From Candidatus Sumerlaeia bacterium (lineage in GTDB: Bacteria > Sumerlaeota > Sumerlaeia > SLMS01), in assembly GCA_038208905.1 (NCBI GenBank), contig JBBQYG010000038.1, forward strand, positions 1-28,682: 28,682 nucleotides of DNA. Direction: 5' to 3'. Made by a program: the position numbers and the translations under genes. Shown piece by piece: positions 23,838 to 28,682 of this stretch. The notes below the pieces were generated by a model. It was not told where the DNA came from. It was given only the letters and a program-made list of their open reading frames with translations, and made no database searches. Within the stretch, counting starts at the first letter, position 1. Each line of letters opens with the position of its first letter.

Positions 23838-24229
23838 GGAAGCGCCTGGTTGGCGAACGACAACCGGATCACGCCGCATACCAGCAGGTCGCCGCGCCGG
23901 ATCGCGCTGGCCTCGGCAAATCGCGCGAGCGGCCCATCGGCGGCCTGAACCTGCACCACACCCCGCCACGGCGCGCCGCGGCCAAGGAGCGCCTCCTCCA
24001 GTCCGCCCGGTACCTTGTCCCGATTGCCGAATCCCAACAGCGAGAACGACAGCCGGTTCACCAGCGCCTCCGCCCGTTCGCCAAACAACTCCTCAGCGGC
24101 GGCGTTCAGATACAGCGAATTGGCAAGCCGATCCGTCAGTATCAGCGGCGAGGCATCGAACAGCGCGGCCATATCGGAGGCAAGTTGCAGGTCGGCGGGC
24201 TGGGGCCAGAGCGAGGCGGGAAGTTCCAA
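23834..24229 (-). CDS. Stand-alone PAS-domain protein
   Basis: 'ALFDASPLILTD.....LYLNAAAEELFG....ALVNR', 'WRGVV' and terminal beta strands. TTG start; the stop overlaps the purN start (ATGA). Confidence 0.72.
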   Translation of the reverse strand: MELPASLWPQPADLQLASDMAALFDASPLILTDRLANSLYLNAAAEELFGERAEALVNRLSFSLLGFGNRDKVPGGLEEALLGRGAPWRGVVQVQAADGPLARFAEASAIRRGDLLVCGVIRLSFANQALP

Positions 24230-24422
24230 GTGGGCGCGTCTTCTCCCTAAAGGATGGCCGAACTATTGCCCGGGGCCCGGCGTGGGCAAGGGCCGATGCG
24301 GAGATCGGAGGCAAACACAGGTACATGGTGCCCCCCGGGAATCGCATTGCGCCATCGCCGCCGCGGGTGCATCCGTTCGCAAGAACATGGACCAAGAGAA
24401 GAAATCCGGGAGCATTTTGTCG

Positions 24423-25832
24423 ATGCCATCGAAGCCCCCAAGTAAACCCGCTCAGGGGAAGGCCAAGGCGGGAGGAGTAGCCCCCGGCCCGCTGATGGCG
24501 ACGATTTCGGGCATCCGCGGGGTGGCCGGGCGGGAGCTGACCGCCGCCACCGTCGTGCCCTTTGTCGATGCCTTTGCCCACATGATCGGCGGTCCGCGCA
24601 TTGTGATCGGCTATGACGCGCGCCCATCCCATCAGTGGATCGTCCCCTTGGTGGAGGCTGTGGTGCGTTCCCACGGCATCGACGTCGTTCAGCTCGGCCT
24701 TTGCCCCACGCCGACCGTCGGCATGATGACGCGCAAGCTGAAAGCCGCAGGCGGCATTTGCGTGACCGCGAGCCACAATCCCATCGAATACAACGGACTG
24801 AAGTTTTTCCACTCCGCCGGGGAGTTCATCACCGGCGAGATGCTGGCGAGGCTGAAGGAGCTGATTGCGACGCCGCACTCCCCCGCCGAGGCCCCCCGCG
24901 TTGGTGCCCGGAAGGAATTCGGCGGCGCGGCGGAACTGCACCTGCGCGAACTCGTCGCCGCGCTTCCCCCGCCTGGCCGCGCACGCACGGGCAAAGCCCC
25001 CCGCGTCGTCATCGACTGCTGCAATAGCGCGGGCACCACGCTGGCCCCCGATGTCGCCGATGCCTATGGCGCGGTGATCCAGCTCCTGCATTGCGACACG
25101 CGAAAGCTGGAGTTCCCCCGCGGCGCCGAGCCCACGGCGGAGAATATCGTGAAGCTCCGCCGCGCGGTTGTAAAGGAGGTCGCCGACCTCGGCTTCGCCA
25201 TCGATCCCGACGCCGACCGCCTGGCGCTGGTCGATGCGCAGGGCAACGCCCTCGGCGAGGAGCGTACCTTCATCCTCGCGGCGGACGCCTTCCTGACGCT
25301 GGGCAAGCGAAAGTCGCCGCTGGTCGTGAATCTCTCCACGTCGATGGCCGTCGATGATCTGGCAAAGAAGCACGGAGTGAAGGTCTATCGCACCGCCATC
25401 GGCGAGGCCAACGTCCTTGCGGGAATGCGAGCCCACAAAGCCAGGATCGGCGGAGAAGGAAACGGTGGCGTGATCCTTCCCCAGGTGCAGCCAGGCCGCG
25501 ACGCGGCGACGGCGATCGCGTTGGTGCTTATGGGCCTTCAAGCACGCGGCGGCACGCTGGCCGACTGGAACGCGACGATTCCCGACTACGCGATGCGCAA
25601 GACGAGCGTCCCTCTCGGCTCCGTTCCCGTTGCCGCGGCACTGGAGAAAGTGAAGCGAGCATTCCCTCGCGAGAAGATCGAGACCACCGACGGCGTGAAG
25701 GTCTCCCTCGCCGACCGCTGGGTGCACGTGAGGGCGAGCAACACGGAACCCATCGTGCGCGTCTTTGCCGAGGCCCCGACGGCGGCGGGCGTGGAAGAGC
25801 TGGTTGAGAAGGTCGCCGGGCTCCTGAGATGA
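24423..25832 (+). CDS. Alpha-D-phosphohexomutase (phosphoglucosamine mutase / phosphomannomutase)
   Basis: 'ISGIRG', 'GYDAR', 'PTPT', catalytic 'TASHNP', metal loop 'DPDADR', sugar loop 'GGEGNGG' and 'RASNTEP'. The start is uncertain (24387, 24423 or 24495). Confidence 0.92.
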   Translation: MPSKPPSKPAQGKAKAGGVAPGPLMATISGIRGVAGRELTAATVVPFVDAFAHMIGGPRIVIGYDARPSHQWIVPLVEAVVRSHGIDVVQLGLCPTPTVGMMTRKLKAAGGICVTASHNPIEYNGLKFFHSAGEFITGEMLARLKELIATPHSPAEAPRVGARKEFGGAAELHLRELVAALPPPGRARTGKAPRVVIDCCNSAGTTLAPDVADAYGAVIQLLHCDTRKLEFPRGAEPTAENIVKLRRAVVKEVADLGFAIDPDADRLALVDAQGNALGEERTFILAADAFLTLGKRKSPLVVNLSTSMAVDDLAKKHGVKVYRTAIGEANVLAGMRAHKARIGGEGNGGVILPQVQPGRDAATAIALVLMGLQARGGTLADWNATIPDYAMRKTSVPLGSVPVAAALEKVKRAFPREKIETTDGVKVSLADRWVHVRASNTEPIVRVFAEAPTAAGVEELVEKVAGLLR

Positions 25833-27253
25833 GCCGCATCCTCCTGGTGGGCGTTGGCCCGCTTCCCGCCGGGGATTTGCGCCGCGTCTATGCGCCGGGC
25901 CTCCGGCTGGAGGCGTTTCTGGACGCGCTCCTTCGCGCGGGATGCGATGTTCACCTCGGCGAGATTCACTTCGCCGGAATCGACGACGCGTTCCGCCCCG
26001 CCAAGCGCGATGGCCTCGTCGCTCACGAGCTTCTTGGCCCCGGCCTCGACGCGATCATCGCTGGCATCGACGCCATCGCGGAAAAGTCCCCCCCCGACGC
26101 CATCGTGGCCCTGACAGACATCGGATGCCTCGCCGCGTCTCGGTCGAAGTTCGGCGGTCCCCTCCACGCCGATTTCTTTGGCCACCCCATGGCGGAGCGG
26201 CAGCAGCAGGCGTATATACACCGCAGCGACGCCTCCCTCCACGCGCAATGGCTCGATGTGCTGCCAACGCTTCTTCGCGCGGACCGCTTCTCTGCGTGCT
26301 CGCCAAGCCAGCGCCTCGCCCTCGTGGGCGAACTCGGCGCCGCGGGGCGGCTGAACAGCCAAACGTGCAATCTTGAATTGGTAGAGGTCGTTCCGCCCAC
26401 GCTCCCCTTCTCGGAGCCCATCGTCGCGAAACACCCGAACTATCTGGAGACAAAAGGCATACCCTCGGGCGCGCGGGTCGTCTTCTCCTCCGGTGGCTAC
26501 AACACCTGGCTCGACGAGGAGACGATGTTTCGCGGGATCGAGGACGCCCTCCAGCGCGACACCGCGCTACACTTCGTCTCCACTGGCGGCGCCATCGAGG
26601 GCCACGTCGAAGTTGTCTATACACGCTTCCGCGAACGAGTCGCCGCGAGCCCCGTCGCCGACCGGTTCCACCTGCTCGGCTGGGTCCCCCACGCCGAACT
26701 TCTCGACGCGATGCTGGGCGCCCATGTGGGCATCAATGTGGATCGCCAGACGCTCGAGGGCGAACTCGGATGCCGGAACCGGATTCTCGGATGGCTCTGG
26801 ACGGGAATGCGCGTCGTCAGCACCGTCAGCAGCGACGCCACCGCCGATCTGGTACGAGATGGGTGGGTCAACCCAGTAACCGACGGCGATTGGGAAACGC
26901 TCTCCGCCGCCCTCCGCGAGGAAGCCCACCGCCTCCCCGAAGCCGACCCCGCCACGCGCCGTGCCGCCCTCCGCGCCCGCTGGGGCCCCGAGAACAATTT
27001 CCGCGCCCTCGCCCAATGGGCCCGCAACCCCACCTCCGCCACCGACCGCCCACCCTGCGGCATCGTGGACAACCCGCTTGCCAACCTCCACCGAGCCTTC
27101 CTCGCCCACGCCGCCTCCTCCGCCGACACCGACGCCATCCGCCAACGCGCCCGCGCCATCGCCGCCCGCCTCTCCGGCAGCCGCGCCTTGGCGCTCTATG
27201 CCAAGCTCCACCCCGAAACCGCCGCCCTCATCGACGAACTCAACCGCCTCTGA
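25829..27253 (+). CDS. GT-B fold glycosyltransferase (GT4-like)
   Basis: 'APGLR', 'LLRADRFSACSPSQR...G.LGAAGRLN', 'SGGYNTWLD..T', 'LGWVP', 'E.ELG.RNRIL..LW.G..VVST'. ATGA overlap with the mutase stop. Confidence 0.75.
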   Translation: MSRILLVGVGPLPAGDLRRVYAPGLRLEAFLDALLRAGCDVHLGEIHFAGIDDAFRPAKRDGLVAHELLGPGLDAIIAGIDAIAEKSPPDAIVALTDIGCLAASRSKFGGPLHADFFGHPMAERQQQAYIHRSDASLHAQWLDVLPTLLRADRFSACSPSQRLALVGELGAAGRLNSQTCNLELVEVVPPTLPFSEPIVAKHPNYLETKGIPSGARVVFSSGGYNTWLDEETMFRGIEDALQRDTALHFVSTGGAIEGHVEVVYTRFRERVAASPVADRFHLLGWVPHAELLDAMLGAHVGINVDRQTLEGELGCRNRILGWLWTGMRVVSTVSSDATADLVRDGWVNPVTDGDWETLSAALREEAHRLPEADPATRRAALRARWGPENNFRALAQWARNPTSATDRPPCGIVDNPLANLHRAFLAHAASSADTDAIRQRARAIAARLSGSRALALYAKLHPETAALIDELNRL

Positions 27254-27271
27254 ATCGCCGGAAAATAACCT

Positions 27272-27299
27272 TTGACTCCCCGAAGCTCCTGAATAGGCT
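27272..27299 (+). promoter_or_regulatory. Sigma70-type promoter for the tRNA
   Basis: TTGACT (27272-27277), 16 bp, TAGGCT (27294-27299), in the AT-richer gap 35 bp upstream of the tRNA. Confidence 0.6.
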
Positions 27300-27334
27300 T
27301 CCAACCTCTGTGGCTGACGACTTGGCCACACCGC

Positions 27335-27412
<78 letters not shown>

Positions 27413-27413
27413 C

Positions 27414-27860
27414 TCAAATTTCTCGACTTACGAACCGCCGCCGAGGCCACTTGGCGGCGGTTTCGCTTGAAGTTGCAAGTTTCTTGCAAGTGCCCGGCGC
27501 CGAGAGCCTCTTCTGTACTTCAGAAATGGCCTCTTCCAAGGGTCCGATTACAGACCGTCGGAAAGAATCCATCTTCTCTTCCAAGGCCTCCTTTTGGCCC
27601 CTCGTGCGGCTTGCGATGCTGGGGATGTAGTGCTTCTTCGAGACGCTAGGCGCCACGTGCCCCGTGTACTCCTCCCAGAGCGCCGAGCGGATCCGGATGC
27701 CTCGGTCGTCCGAGAAGGTAAGTAGGACGTTCCTCATGTCCTAGGGGGGAAGGATACCTGAGGATCCCAGGCCTTGCGGGCGCGCTTGAACTCGGGGCGG
27801 TAGGAGTCGTGGTTTAGAGAGCCATTGTGGTCGCGAACAGGGACGGCGCTTCGTCGCGGC
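27414..27860 (-). pseudogene. Disrupted 3' portion of a tyrosine recombinase/integrase pointing toward the tRNA 3' end
   Basis: 'DMRN.LLTF...G.....WEEYTGH.APSVSKKHY' fits the (H/K)xLR...(L)GH...Y catalytic order. The frame breaks at about 27741 (in-frame TAG, or a 1-nt frameshift from a frame reading 'EFKRARKAWDPQVSFPP'). No intact N-terminus is found. Confidence 0.6.
27433..27463 (+). terminator. Hairpin downstream of the tRNA (probable intrinsic terminator)
   Basis: AACCGCCGCCGAG-GCCA-CTTGGCGGCGGTT, a 13-bp stem with one G-U pair and only a short T run. Confidence 0.6.
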
Positions 27861-27968
27861 GTCTACCTCAGGCTCGTGAAATTCGGAGAGGACAAGCTCG
27901 TCAGCAAGGACGAACTCGGTTAGGGTTACACTACCCACCCCAAGCTCCGGAATGTGCACTGTGTTCTT

Positions 27969-28682
27969 TCATTGGTCTGTTTCAATCTTGGCTGTTTTTA
28001 ATACTTTTCGATCTTTGCGGGCAGATGGTTCTTGATCGCCCGGCGGGACTTGCTCTTCGCCATCTTTCTGAGGGTCGGTTTTGATTTTCAGCAATCGCGC
28101 GTTGATGGCCACAATCACCGTGCTCGCGGCCATCAGCACCGCGCCCACCGCGGGAGTGAGCAACACGCCCCATGCATAGAGCGCTCCGGCCGCCAGTGGA
28201 ATGGCGACGACGTTGTAGCCCGTGGCCCAGGCCAGGTTCTGCATCATCTTGCGGTAAGTGGCGCGGGAAAGTTTCAGGATCGCCAGCACGTCCGCTGGAT
28301 TGCTTCTCACCAGAATGACGTCCGCGGTTTCGACCGCGACATCCGAGCCGGCTCCGATGGCGATTCCCAAATCAGCCTGCGCCAGCGCCGGCGCATCGTT
28401 CACTCCGTCGCCGGTCATGGCCACCAACTGGCCACGTGCCTGGACATCTTTCACTTTGGCTGCTTTATCCTGCGGCAGGACTTCGGCGAAGTATTCATCG
28501 AGTCCAATCTGGTCCGATACCCATTTGGCAGTCGCTTTGTTATCGCCGGTAAGCATCATGCAGCGAATACCCATTTCCTTGAGTGCCGCGACGGCCTGCT
28601 TCGATTCGGGCCTGATGATGTCGGCCAGGGCCATCGCGCCTTTCAGCGCTCCGTCCACGAGGACAAACACCACCGTCTTACC
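27969..28682 (-). CDS. Copper-translocating P1B-type ATPase (CopB-like), C-terminal part; 5' end outside the window
   Basis: 'MLTGDN', 'AEVLP.DK', 'GDGVNDAPAL', 'QNLAWATGYNVVAIPLAAG' and 'LMAASTVIVAINA' (YN and MxxST copper motifs). The frame is open to the window end. Confidence 0.9.
   Translation of the reverse strand, partial: GKTVVFVLVDGALKGAMALADIIRPESKQAVAALKEMGIRCMMLTGDNKATAKWVSDQIGLDEYFAEVLPQDKAAKVKDVQARGQLVAMTGDGVNDAPALAQADLGIAIGAGSDVAVETADVILVRSNPADVLAILKLSRATYRKMMQNLAWATGYNVVAIPLAAGALYAWGVLLTPAVGAVLMAASTVIVAINARLLKIKTDPQKDGEEQVPPGDQEPSARKDRKVLKTAKIETDQ

Larger units (their letters stand above)
27413..28682. mobile_element. Probable left edge of a genomic island integrated at tRNA-Arg
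   Basis: tRNA 3' end, then an integrase remnant, tandem TTGCAAGT repeats, visibly lower GC than the preceding 27 kb, and a metal-resistance cargo gene. Confidence 0.6.

Noticed and set aside
27741-27743. In-frame TAG as possible recoding (pyrrolysine or readthrough)
   Set aside because: TAG is used as a normal stop elsewhere in the window (781, 1276, 22557), and neighbouring frame disruptions point to pseudogene decay.
27919-27942. GGGTTACACTACCC as a transposon end or copper-regulator operator
   Set aside because: Only a 4-bp dyad with no partner repeat in the window, and it lies downstream rather than upstream of the copper ATPase.

Overview
GC-rich bacterial chromosome segment; the lineage cannot be established from this window. 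Left half (840-11709): an assimilatory sulfate-reduction and siroheme cluster in two divergent arms. The minus arm holds sirC, cobA-hemD, a Sat-like/APS-kinase fusion, a sulfite reductase hemoprotein and a CymR-like Rrf2 regulator. The plus arm holds a CbiX/SirB-type chelatase, cysH, a PhnD-like binding protein and a fused PhnC-PhnE transporter. Middle and right: DUF507-like protein, P1B-4 metal ATPase, membrane glycosyltransferase with TPRs, MlaE, an FG-GAP repeat protein, GlnE, a PurN-RdgB fusion with an upstream PAS protein, a phosphohexomutase, a GT-B glycosyltransferase and tRNA-Arg(ACG). After the tRNA comes the likely edge of an integrated element, with a broken tyrosine-recombinase 3' end and a partial copper P1B ATPase. 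Most notable observations: (1) the ATP-sulfurylase domain has substitutions in all the active-site motifs I can recognise while the fused APS kinase is intact, and no other sulfate-activating enzyme lies in the cluster; (2) a roughly 200-bp GTAG-type REP doublet is inserted in frame inside the chelatase gene; (3) a full-length PurN-RdgB(ITPase) fusion; (4) a Phn-type ABC importer with a fused ATPase-permease directly behind cysH. All calls come from motif reading by eye; no database searches were run.
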